The notes beneath the pieces are model-generated. The model saw only the letters and a program-made list of their open reading frames with translations. It ran no database searches and was not told the origin of the DNA. Positions 13,279 through 26,260 of a stretch of 64,000 nt of DNA are shown here, in pieces. Source of the DNA: Setoptus koraiensis (Eukaryota; Animalia; Arthropoda); contig CM106586.1 in NCBI GenBank assembly GCA_048013815.1, positions 8,184,001 through 8,248,000 of the forward strand, read 5' to 3'. The number at the start of each line of letters is the position of its first letter. Within the stretch, counting starts at the first letter, position 1. The position numbers were made by a program, and so were the translations under genes.

Positions 13279-13545
13279 TTAATCAAGGTCCTGAAGATAA
13301 TTATACATGTTCTTCTGGAAGTTCACAAGATTGTTTTCGCTGTCTTCCTCCGATAAGGCAAGCATACATCCAGTTGAATATCCAATAGTTATAGGAAGAG
13401 AATACTTTTCACCTAGAGCAACTCTCATGCATTTTGCTGCTTCGAATAATTTATCATTAATCATAAACTTGTTTCTTGTGTTTCTTTAACACCTTCTCGC
13501 ATTTCTCTCCATTTAATATATCAAACTCAGCAAATTGTTTAGAAG
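13279..13545 (-). pseudogene. Possible decayed alpha/beta-hydrolase-like coding fragment inside the lgl intron
   Basis: Minus-strand reading QNCVASKQFAEFDILNGEKCEKVLKKHKKQVYD, then a 1-nt frameshift, then NDKLFEAAKCMRVALGEKYSLPITIGYSTGCMLALS. GYSTG matches the G-x-S-x-G nucleophile elbow. Motif-only evidence. Confidence 0.3.
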
Positions 13546-13816
13546 CAACACAGTTTTGTTGTTTATAATTGGAAACAAATTACTCCTGACTAGCATGCGA
13601 CAGCAAGGAGCCACCTCTAGTTTTTTATTTTTTTTTTTTATAGAAATATTCAATATCCATTGTTTGAGTTCCCTTGTTTCATTTAATTCACCTCATTCCT
13701 CCGGTGGAATAAAAAATGTGATGAGATCGGAGCGAGAGAGAGGCACACACGATTGATTGTACAAAGTTCGTCTGCCGATATTTAAGTGTTGGTGTTCTGA
13801 GCTGGATGGACAGTAG

Positions 13817-13818
<2 letters not shown>

Positions 13819-13906
<88 letters not shown>
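13819..13906. repeat. Compound (TA)~29(GA)~15 microsatellite
   Basis: Seen directly. Confidence 0.95.
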
Positions 13907-13910
<4 letters not shown>

Positions 13911-15112
13911 ACACATAATAATAATTTTCATGTTTTTTTGCCTTCTTATTTGCCAAACTGATTATATCATACACACACTACCGAGAATATATGTATATTG
14001 TCTACTGGTACGTCTGTATAAATACACAGCACCGACACCACCATTACACAATTGTGTGTATGTCTGTGTATTCTTTGCTACTATAAGCTCAAACAATAAC
14101 ATAAGAGATGTTTCATCCAGGATAAAATACAAATAACACATAAACAAGTTCTGGCCAAAACATGATGGCCAAGATGCTGCTGCTTTGTGTGCTGGCTGAT
14201 GTTGTTAGGTCCAGCGCACTTGGTTACATAACATTATGTTCGAGTCGCCAATTCAAACAACAATGGACAAACGTGACGTTTACACCAAAAAATCTCAGCT
14301 ATCTGTAGCTTTGAACTCTCTCTTGGCTTGGAGCGAGAACTTCTATTTGATTCAACAATTCCTGCATTGCACACTCACACATGCACACACCGAGAGAAAG
14401 AGACACTGCCTTCAAGAACCAACAATTTTTTCTCTCTCGGGCTTAACATGAGCCTGGATCTCTCTTGACTTGTTGCTTCCTTACTTCTTATTGCGTAACA
14501 TAAGCTGTGTGATAGCTGAAAGCATCGCTTTGTTGCTGTTGATGCACATCCATGTGTGTGTGTGTGTGTACCTGTGTGTACCTGTGTAATTATCGGCAGA
14601 CACTAAGCTATTTATTGTATACTATACATACTACACTCGCTGTAAGATGTAAACTGTTTCTTGCGCCCCCTTGAATTAAGCAGCATCATAAACTAGTGCT
14701 GCTGATGCCACATGATTGGGCGTCCAATGCAGCAACTTGTTGATCTATACACTCACATCAGTCGCATTATATCTAGCAAACGATCTGCCTTCTTTGTATT
14801 CACTCATGAAGGCGCGAATGCAACATGAGGCAACAGATTGCTAATAGCAGATGTTGGCTGATTTTCTTTCCATTTATATAGAGCGAGATTGGAAAAACAT
14901 CGAGTGTGAGTAGGCATTGAAAGATTAGCAACATTGTGTGTTGTTGGAGTAGTTGAAGCAAGCAACAGGTCGCCCTTGAAACTTTCGCAAGAGCTACGAA
15001 TAGGCGAGTTGGTGCGGTTCACCTGTTGCGTTTCGACATCGCTCACACACACACACACACACACATAACACATACATGACGAGAGAGCCTCGTCGCGTCG
15101 AAGAATGGCCAG

Positions 15113-15149
<37 letters not shown>

Positions 15150-18100
15150 TGTTTGTGTGTTAACCAGACAAGAGAGTCTTACATAACTGAAGTGTAAAGC
15201 TGGCATCACTTCCATTTTGGTCGTGAAAGCTTGAAAGTCTGAAAAAGAATTGAGTTGATTTTCATCATCATCAACATGCGTTCCCGAGGAAAAGATAGGT
15301 ACAAGTTGGCTTTTTTCTCTTTTTTCGTTTCAAGTAAATCCTTGCTAGATGCTCTGTGTGAGCTCTCTTCTTCTTCTTGCTACGACCAACATCACTACCA
15401 TTGAATTGTGTTCCGATAGCGAGAGTGATTCAATTTGATTTGAAGCTCCATCTACCTTTGGTAGGCACATAAACAAAACTGCTGTTACACAATTGCCCAT
15501 GGAATGTAAACCTCTCTCGGGCTCGGGCTCGGTCTCTCTCTCTCTCTCTCGCTCTCACATTGTATAAATCAATGTCAAATCTTTCTCTCTGTCTATCACA
15601 TCGGCATAGCCATCATCATCATCAACCACTGCCGCAACCACTGCTGATGTGTATATATTTGCTGTTGCACTTAAAGTCGGTGGTGGTGCCATCGATCAGC
15701 ATCGGCATTAATACACACACGGCAACCATATACTATCGATCAAACAGGCAACCATCACAGGAGCATCGCTCACGATGGTTCACAAACATCAACATTATTA
15801 TATAAAATGGGTGTCTAGCTAACAGATAAAGAAAACAGAGAAAAAGAAGCTGGCAAAAAGAATGAGCAATAGCGACCAGAGAGCAGTACAAGGAAGGAGC
15901 CAGTAGATTAATCTCTGTTGTCTATGTTGCATCTTAAACGTTATCTAGCTCATTCGCTTGTTTTTAGCCGCCGCCGCCGCCATCATCTAGCTTCTTCTTC
16001 TTGTTATTCAAGCAAAGTGCTAGTGCTGATGGTGGTGATGAGATGTTATCATCATTATCGTTTTTTCTCATTAGCTAAGAAGCGATTCGACGGCATATAG
16101 CCGGCCAACTGGCCAGCTTCTCTGGCGCTAGTTGACTGACCAGTTTGAAATCACTCGAATGACCAATAGCAAGCTAAGAGTTAGCTGCACCATCACATAC
16201 ATACATGTACCGTGAACCGTCTTGTATTTCCTATTGTGCTTGTGCGCCGACAAAACACATGTGTGAACATCCGTTTCCGTTGGTTTAATCAATTTTTCAT
16301 CACTCCAAATGTCTCCACTTCTTTATCTTTGATTAGATCTGCTACTTTATTTGTACCATCATGTACCCGCCGTGAACATGATGTAAGTGTGTTGTTATCG
16401 TTACGAGAGATCGAAGCGCATCAAATCAGATTGTTTGTCTGTCGATTGTTTATCTTCTTTCTGTCATTCTTGTCAATATCACTATGTGTGTTCTTTGTGC
16501 TGTGTTGTCTCACTCAAGAACCGGGAATCTTACATCTTCACTTGATTGAATGACGCTAGATGGGCACAAAATCTCGCGAGTACAGTGTGTGTGTGTTTGT
16601 GAGAGAGAGAGAGAGAGAGCCGGAGAGAAGCAGCCGAGAACAAGATCAAATGAAAAATGTGTGTGTGTGTGTTTGTGCTTGGCACACTTGGAATTAGAAA
16701 ATTCTAGACTGACCGTGGAACTATTATATAGAAGAATGAGCCATTATCACTGAGCGGATAATCAATGGTTCGTTGAACTGATGATGATATTAGTTTCCTT
16801 CGATCGAACAGCATCTCAAGTGCGTGTGTGTGTGTGTGTTTGTATCTCGACGGCACCTATCGTCTTCCGTGATTGCCATTTGTTTTGTTGTCGATGCTAT
16901 ACTTCTTCTCACTCATTCACTGCCCTCTTGCGCCATCATCAGCGCGCATGTCTCGACGACGTCTGCTTAACTAACTGACCAAAGTGACTCAAGTGAGCTC
17001 AGCCTCACTGACGGTGTTGCTGCTGCAGCTAGTTGAGGCTTTATTGTGGTCGTCAATTGTGACATTTATTGCCGCCGCCACTCCTTCGCTGCATCCATGC
17101 CTATTTGCCGCATAGATCGCCGCACGTCCGGTTTGTTTGTTGTGTGTGTGTGTGTGTTTGATAACGATAGGAACACATCTTGAAATTGAACATGTTGGCT
17201 CCGTCGTCGCTGCAATACCTTGGCCACGGCCACTGAAGCCGCCTAATGATGATAATAATGATTTGTGAGTTTACATATGCATGGACGGCCACCGACACTA
17301 CTCATGCATTCTAATTTTTATAACATTCGTGTTCTTTCTTCTCTCGGCACACACACACACACACACACACACAACTATAATTTGCTTAAAAGAACTTGAC
17401 CAAAGAACTTTTCTTATTCTTTTCTCGTTCGTTCTGTGATGATGAACACACACTAGAGTGCTTCGCTTCGAGAAGAATGCTATGGCCAAGAAAAGAAAAA
17501 TATATCTTCTATTCCCTTCATGCGTTGATGTTATAGTCCGAGAATGAAAATTTTTACCTCTTCCCGTTTGCACTTGTACTTAAATATATATAATATCTGC
17601 TTCATGTTTCGGTAAACACTCAATAGCAGCGGCGGCGGCGGCAGCAGCAGCAGCAGCAGCAGTAGTGGTCTAACAACATGAGAACACAACTATTCTCATG
17701 TGGTTGCTTTTGGATGTGTGTGTGTTTGTTGTGACCCCTCGGCGCATTTGGTGACAATCTAACAGCAGCAGCAGCCACAATAGAACAATGAATTTACATA
17801 CAAACACACACACATGAGATGTGGTTGGCTATTAAGAATTGCACACAACACAATAATGATGTCTTACCTGTGCACACAAAAAACTCGCCAGACAGGCGGG
17901 CAAGAAAGGTTTTCGGAAAGAACGAGAGAATTTCCGAGCTTCTCAACCTCACGATCAAATGGCCAAGTTTTGATTTAACTCGGTTCAATTCGATTTTTAA
18001 ACCTGTGACCCACCAGCACTGACGCCGCCACCACCCCTTATGCTGCAATGAATGCGCTAATGAATGCAGCTAGACTTAATTACAGCAAATCATCGCTTTC

Positions 18101-19818
18101 CTTACCTCTCTGTCATTTGTTCATATATAATGGTGCTTCACCAGCCTCTCATGATGTTTATCTCATCCATGTGGCTGTTTGATGGCAATTATCCCCTTCG
18201 AGACACTTGACTGACGTAATATGGCCTGCAATCGGATATAATTAACCTCTTCGATTGTCGAGTCATGGATCTTGGTGTCGGAAAAAAGTAACGACAAGCG
18301 TCTGTGTCATTACACAATGTGTTTGTATTCAACACAAACTTGCTGAAACAGGCAGGCAAACTTGGCAAACTGATTTGCATAGGATCGATTGCGATTGCAT
18401 CCTCGTATGTGCATATAGGGATACATTTGACTAGTCACGACTGCCATGACTCCATGATGACGTATGTGAAGGTGCCCATGACAAATATCCAGCACCGCCA
18501 TGGCCGCTTGTTGATCTCAATTCATCATCGCCGCATGCAATAGCTTGGGCCACCAACTGTTCTCGTCAGTGTCGGCCAAGCAAACTCATGCGCTTTGAGA
18601 GTAGGCTCACTGTTGTAACAAGAGATAACGCACTTTTCACCATGAGACAATTTGAATAATCGTGAATAACTGAGCATTCAGACAAAATGAATTCAATCAA
18701 AGGAAATTTTCAGATGCCATCTACTATTTTGTTGTTTGGCGCAATGCTTTCTTGCGTTCGTGCCATTGGCCATTTGCAATTTTTTCTCGCTTGTCACAAC
18801 TTTACCAATTCACAATATAACATCTTGAGCGACACAATTAGCCGATCTTGTCGTATTGTAGATTGCAAGACAACTTCGACCGAGCCAGTAGAGCAAAGAG
18901 TAAGGCAAAAAGATGGTTCTATTGTCATTAGCTTGACCACTTCACCTTAATTGTGTGTGAGTGTGACAAACGCAAGGCAAACGAACACAATTAACTCTTT
19001 GTCATGATGCTAAGATTAGCCTGATTTGAAACATCTTACCAAGCGCTGATTGTGATGATGATATAGTTACAATAATAGCTTTTAAAGAGTGATTAAGCAA
19101 ATGAATTGCTTCGTATGCCGTGTATAATGTGAACACCGATAGCATTGCATGAGAAAATAAATGGAGAGATAGTACCAACATAGTATAGTATACTCTGTTG
19201 TTGTTGTTGTCGTCGTCGTTGTCGTGTATACATTAACCCAAATAAGATACGGCGAGCATGGATAATTGGCCCTCGCCAGTGGCTTGGGCCTGCCTGGGCG
19301 CGGTCCTAATGGCCGGCCGGACTGCTGTTTATATCAAGAGAGTAAGCTATCCATGCTTACTGGGATTATTTACTAAAAAAGGTGGTGATACCGCCTCTCT
19401 CTCTCTCCTAATTACTCAATGTATTTTTCAGTAATTCAGCAAGACCGTCCAATCACCTTGTTGCGTGTGGCCCTTATTCCATGGCATCTGTTTTCTTACT
19501 TTTCTCTATTTCTATAATATATTCGCTCGTATAATATCATCCCTCCGTGCTAACAAACATGAAGCTTTGTGTGGTCAACAAGTAATCTAATCAATCATTT
19601 TGTCTAACTTCCAATTACCAATCACACATCCCAATGATATGTACCCTCACTAAATAATGATTGCGACTGATGATAAAACGCAACAACATAAATGAATTGA
19701 TTCGACACAATTCGCAATGCAACGGGTTGAACTATCACTTTGGCATTCCAAACAAACACATATTACATCTGCTGTCGGGAACCTTTGTTATCCCTAATCA
19801 AATTCATTAACCATGCAG

Positions 19819-20469
19819 GTCAAGTGCTTGTGTTCAATCTCAAGGACGAGGAAGTGGAGAAATCTGTCGAGGTGCACGACATACAATTGATCACTGAGAA
19901 AGACGGACAATTTGTTTGGAAAGGACAAGCCAAATTGGATGCCCGCAGTGGAAACGTTAAATTTCAGCCTGGATATCATTTAACCAGTTTCATACAATTA
20001 AATCCACCTGCTTCAGTAACTGCCGTTGATTGTCGGCCAGATTGGGGTCTAGTAGCCGCAGGCACATCACATGGTTTTGTATTGTTCGATTACATCCAGC
20101 AAAAATCGCTCGTAGTTAAATGCACATTAAATGGGCAAGATTTTGCTATTGTTAATGGCGAAGATGGTGTTATTTCAAGAAGGAAATCATTCAAAAAATC
20201 GTTGCGCGAATCTTTTAGACGATTGAGGAAAGGCAGATCACAACGGGTGACAGGCACCATTGGACCAGTGAGTAAGGCTACAACCGGACCTATCAGGAAT
20301 GGGCCGCCACAATCAACTGTTGGTTTCAGGCGACAATTCGGAGCAAATCAAAAGCAAATTAGTGAGGCCTTCGAGCAGAGGCAACCAGTCGAGCGACAGG
20401 TTGAAGCTCGTACAGAGCTAAACTCTATTGTGCGCTGTCTCAATTTAACATCGGCGGTCATCACGCAAA
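19819..20469 (+). CDS. l(2)gl: Lgl exon 2 (includes the aPKC phosphorylation cluster)
   Basis: Acceptor CATGCAG|GT joins exon 1 in frame to give GTAG-QVLVF, matching Lgl AGTAGQVLV. Contains ISRRKSFKKSLRESFRRLRKGRS. Donor A|GTAAGT at 20470. Confidence 0.93.
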
Positions 20470-20587
20470 GTAAGTGAATTATCTCTACTTTCTTTCAGTA
20501 CTATACCGTTTAATAGTTTTTATAGATTATCCGAACGATTTATTCATAATCATTTTCTTATCCTTTTTTTTCAATATTTCAATCTAG

Positions 20588-21759
20588 ACTCGGTATTTAC
20601 ACCCACTCTTTGGGTGGGCAACAACGCTGGATTAGTGCTGGTTTATGAGATTATTCTGCCCATCAATGCAGCACTTCGCCAGACAGAGCCAGTAACAACA
20701 CAATTGGCCAAGGAGATTCAATTAAAACACAAGGCACCAGTTATAGCTATTTTCACTACTCCCACTGAGCCCGAGCCATCTGTAACAGATGAGCCAGCGG
20801 AGAGTGGCCTAGAACCAACGGAAACAAGCTCTGCCGATGCTGAGGTTAAACCAGCGACCGAAAGTGGCGAAACTCAACCAGAAACTGAGACTCAAGATAC
20901 CGACAATGAGAAAGCGTCCGATGCTGCACCGGCTGCTGCCGACGTTACCACCACCACTAGCGGCAGTGCCTCAGCTTCGCCAACGAAATCATCGCCGAAC
21001 ATGTTGGACAAGAGTGACAAGGAACACTTCGTTCAGCCACGTGTATTGATCTGCAGCGAGGAACAATTTAAGGTGTTTAATCTGCCGAATTTAAAGCCAT
21101 CTCACAAATTTAAATTGACAGCACACGAAGGATTGCGTGCAAGGAAGATACACTTGACTCAATTTGTTCGACCATTACTACAGACAGCCTCACAACAACA
21201 ACATGCTGGCTCTGGTGGTCAACAGAAAAATTCTAGTAAACAAGTGCAATCGCTTGCCACACAAACATCGGCCTCGCCAACACCAACTCCGCAACAGGAG
21301 TTGAATGGTGGCAACACTTTGACAAACGGCGCCTCGGCACAAGATGCAACAACTAACGGTATTCTACCAAACAATAACAATATTAATGCACCAAACAATA
21401 ATAACAATAATACTATCAAATCATCTCATTCATTTGCTAAAGACATTTTGACAGCTACTTTTGGTGGTAGCGGCGACAAACAACAATCGCATGGTTTATC
21501 AGACAGTAATAATGTTGCACAACATATTGTAGAACCTTACATGGTGTGCATGTCAAATCAAGGTGATTGTGCAGTTTATAGTGTGCCTGATTTAAAGAGA
21601 CAAGCCCAGATACAGGTGTGCAAACGCGAAGACGTCAACGGTATCACTAGCACAATATTAACTAATTATGGTGAGGGATTTTATTTGCAATCCACGTCGG
21701 ACTTTTTGCGCTTCTCCATTTCCAGTCAGCGCGTCCTAAAATGTTTGTCGGTTGTTTAA
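20588..21759 (+). CDS. l(2)gl: Lgl exon 3 (C-terminal propeller; no tomosyn R-SNARE tail)
   Basis: Acceptor CTAG| at 20587, in frame. Motifs PTLWVGNNAG, LAKEIQLKHKAPV, LICSEEQFKVFNLP, KLTAHEG, REDVNGI, GEGFYL. The three exons total 4038 nt = 1345 aa plus stop. Confidence 0.93.
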
Positions 21760-24700
21760 AAGTTCTAGGCCACATGAAGACAACAACCACATTGACAGTT
21801 ATACATATATAAATATCTATCATTCCATATTCCTGTGTTCACGCGAACGAGAAAACATCAGGAATCATTCGGCTGGACATTGTAGCATCAACACCACAGA
21901 ATAGACGCGTCCAGCAACAGAGATCTTTTAGAAGATTTAAAACAACCCGATGGCAATATTGAGAAGAGAGAATTTTCTATAAATATACAAACATAAGCAG
22001 CTTAAACCTATGCTGATAGATATTCAGTCCATCCGTCCCAGCAGCGTAGACACAAAGATTTATGATTATACATACTGCGGCAATGGTAGTGTATGTAGTA
22101 TTATGCCCAAAATAGAAGGAAAACCAAAATAAAATAGGCATAGTGACGTGCTAGGCCTCAGTTATTATTATTACTATTATTATTATGTGTCAGTTATGAT
22201 GGTCACCGACATTGTCTATATCGTTCTGATCACCATACCATCATTCATTTACACAGAATAAGCAATCTATATATACAGATATAAATTTTATACATTTTTG
22301 CCTCTTTATAACCTCTTTAACAGCGGCTATGATAGCAACTCTACACTCATACCTTATCATCATTTATAAAAGAAAGAAGGAAGATCAGAAGAGTATTCAG
22401 GCTGTTTAAGCGAAATTTTGTCAATATTTGATTTCACATTAGATATCCTGTCTATACACAGAAAGCGAGAGACAAAGGAGCAACCACACAAACACACACA
22501 CACACGACACAATGACAATTTAGAATATCTTTTACATTCATAGATATACAAATTTACAAAATATAACTGTTATATAATGATATAAATAATAACATACTTG
22601 ATGACAACTAAAATGGATGCGATAATAAAGAATTGAAAATCTAAACTCTGAGTCTACGTGTCTGAGTAGTGTCTGATATGACAATCGCTGTATGGCTGTC
22701 TCATTGACCGCCTCAACTTCTGTTATATCACGGTTACAATTGACTTGTTTGATTTGTTAAGCTTCAATCGGTGACAAGGCTCACATTCTCATGATGGCGT
22801 AAGTGTCACACACTTTTCAGTCCCCATACGTCCATCTGCATTGGTGTTGATTTTTCGAACAAAACGAAGCATGAATAATAAACTCGGAATTCATTGTTGT
22901 GCGATGTTGATAAACTAAATTTACATTGTTGTTCACTTACCGTTTGATCTATCTAACTGTGCAACTTTTATTTATCCAGCCACATAGAGGAGAGAACTAA
23001 ATAAACAGCCTTATCCAGCTAACAAATCACTAGCTAACTGTTGGCTGGCCGCTAGTGACCACAACCGTTATGGTTGTCTAGGCGAGTAACTGCCAGCATC
23101 TGTGACTCAGCCAACAATAACAACAAAAACAGGCACAACAGTAGCACAAGCATCAACAAGTGGCCAAGTGTTGAGTAAAGAAGTTGGAGGAGTCTTTCTT
23201 CATCAATCTCTCTCTCCAATGGTAAAGGGGCATTGTTTCTTTGGCAAGACCTTTCTTGTTCATAAAACAGCAAAGCATCTGGTGTGAGTATGAACAGCCA
23301 GACAATTGTAAAGTGGGCTCAGCTGAGCACACTTTCTAATTGTCGATCACTGCCACTTTGTTGGCGTCTCACCTAAGATAGTGTGATATTTTGTTGTTGT
23401 CTGGATTGTTCAAGATTCTATAATTGTCTTCTCTGTCTATCTATGTCCCTCCTTCTGTGTCGCTGTATGTCTCTAGGACAGTAGTGTGTGTGTGTGTGCC
23501 AACACCCTCTATAATTGATGGTCATCAAACGTTATTCGTGTTGCTGGCACTAATTTGGTGACTGCTAACCATTATTGCAATTAGTATTCACCTTTCCCCT
23601 CTCAATGATGCCATTTGTTCAGTGGTTGTTGTGATAGTGATTCGAGATATAACGCAATCAAGAGAAGAAAACAAAAAATGTTAATCGCTTGTCCTCTCTC
23701 TCTCTCCCTCATTGTGTGCTAATTATATTGTGTTCCTACATTGGCGGATTAACTTTAAATTAATTGGTGACAGAAGAAAAGTTTATTAGCGCGCGCGAGC
23801 AAGCAAAATCAAGTGACAAGTTCCTGGAAGATAGCGCTACACAAGAACAAACGCTACGCAAGAGAAATAAGACTACCATCAAAATGTTGAAAAGTTTTCT
23901 CTTACATGTGCATCCCAATTGTGTGACCAACAGCCTGTATTCAGCAAGTAGCTAACAGTGACAGGTGAATTGTCGAGTTTGCTAATTGATTGTGATAGTG
24001 TATTCTTTCATGATGTTGTTGGCGATTGTTTTTGTGGTGCCCACACTATTTGCATCGCCACCACAATTTTAACATTGTATCTTGTATCTAAATTTCAGCG
24101 CTTGGCTTAGTGGCCAACATCTTGCTAAAGTCATGCAATGATGTATTGCTTTCGACTAGATTGATATCTCGCGCCTCTAACTTCTAGCAATTACCCACCC
24201 AGTGATAAAGTGTGAAACAAGGCTCGCAAAACTTCTGGCATCCACACACTGACACTGACTAACAACCAGCAACCAACTAAACTATCATCATCGTATAATA
24301 TAAAAACATAATGCTGCTACTGTATTTCTGGTATTAATAGTGCCTAAATTGATGGTTAAATTCATTGTATCCAAACCAAATAACAAACAGTCAGATAGCG
24401 AGAGAAAGGAGGAGAGGGGAAACTAAGAAGTTGACAAAGAAGAAGAAGAAGATTAAACTCATCCCTGTGACCTCATCATCGTGGTAGCTATCAGACCAAT
24501 TAAATCTAACCAACTACTGGTTTTAATCACTGAAGAAGAAGCTTCATAGGTGCAAGCCAGATGTTGTTATCCTCTTCTTGTTCTGTGATGATTGTTGATC
24601 AATTCGTTGATGTTGAGCAACATCTCTGTCTTCATATTTCCTGATAATCTTAACAATGTTAGTGACGAGATTATTTTTAATCACTTTGCGCCAACAGTTA

Positions 24701-24926
24701 ACAGGATAACATCAAGTTAAATTAGATCGAAATATTCAACAGAGGTTAGAGAAAAAGTTTTTGTTTTTTCAGTCGTGCATGAGCTTAGCCGCAGCAACAT
24801 CAACAAGAAAGAACAAAGAAGAAACAAACATTCAGAAAGATCCGATCGCACAAATAATCACCCTCAAAAATATCGAACTTTATAACTAACTAACTGACGG
24901 GGTTCCCTCTAGACGACTAACACAAA

Positions 24927-26260
24927 ATGAATAACACATTCTCACCACCATCGGCAGTAGCAACAACAACAGCAACAGTAACATCAACAAGTTGGCAAAA
25001 TCCGCTTAATAATATGTACAAATTAATAGATAATTCCGTCACAAATGTTGTCGACTACTACAATTGGCTTGACTCTTTCGCAGGTGAGTCTTTTGAGGCT
25101 TGTAACTCGGTCGTTCAGATCTGAGATAGAACCTAAACAAGAAACGGCCTCTAATATGTGCCACACTCACGATTCTCTTCTCGATTAGACCCCCGAGTTG
25201 CAGACTGGCCTCTGATGTCGGGCCCAGGCCTACCACTGGCCGCATTCTTCCTATATTTGTATGTGGCTAACAAGGGCCCAAAATGGATGGAACACAAGAA
25301 GGCACTAAAACTGAGATTGCTAATGATTGTGTATAACCTGTCGCTGGCCTACTTAAACGCATGGATCACCCTTGAGGTAGGAAGCTAATCTCTTATTGTT
25401 AACGGCAACGAATAAGAATCATCGATCATATCTCGTTCGAACATCATCTCAAATTTAATCATATCATCTCATATTTAAATGATTTCATTGTTTGAATATC
25501 CTTCAATCCCTTTAGCTCATCTACTGTGCATACAAACTCCGCTGGAACTCTCTGTGTCAATTAGTTAAGGTCACAAATAACCCTTACGAACTCAGGATAG
25601 CCAACGTAATCTGGTGGTATTGGGCTTCGAAAGGTTTTGAGTTTGCTGATACTCTATTTTTTATTGTGAGAAAGAAAAACAATCAATTGTCATTTTTACA
25701 CAAATATCACCACTCTACCATGTTTATTATTTGGTGGGTGGCCGCCAGATTTGTACCGGGTGGTTCGGTGGTATTACCAGTGACGTTCAATTCTTTTGTT
25801 CACGTACTCATGTACTCATACTATGGATTATCGGCCATCCCGAGCATGCAAAAGTTTCTCTGGTGGAAGAAACATTTGACCATGGTTCAGCTAGTAATTA
25901 TCTCACACGACAATCCTCACCTCTGACAAACCTTTTGCAACCAATCAATCTAATCGCTGTTTCTTCCTGTTCATCTTGCCATTTGGTTACATTGCCATAT
26001 TATGTGTGCTTGTCTAGATCCAATTTGTAATAGGAGTAATGATAGGCAGTCGTATGATCACGACAGGATGTCCGTTTCCACGTTGGATGACCTGGTTATT
26101 CGGTACCTACACCTTCTCATTCATTATACTATTTGGCAATTTCTACATTGAAACATACAGAAGTCGAAGCAAACCCAGTGAGAACAATTTTAAAGACTCC
26201 TCTAGGAAGTCTAAGCAGCAAGATGTAAGTAGCGCATGCGACAAAAGTAAACAGTGTTAG
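24927..26260 (+). CDS. ELOVL4: Very-long-chain fatty acid elongase, ELOVL4-like
   Basis: Exons 24927-25083, 25189-25376, 25516-25893 and 26018-26260, all with GT-AG introns and consistent phases (321 aa). Motifs DPRVADWPLM, KGFEFADTLFFIVRKK, HKYHH (HxxHH), NSFVHVLMYSYYGL, LWWKKHLT, CPFPRWM. Possible extra exon at 26339-26482. Confidence 0.92.

Noticed and set aside
13644-13756. Strong poly-T acceptor in frame with lgl exon 1
   Set aside because: The following peptide is unremarkable and runs into a GA repeat; equally explicable as a simple poly-T tract.
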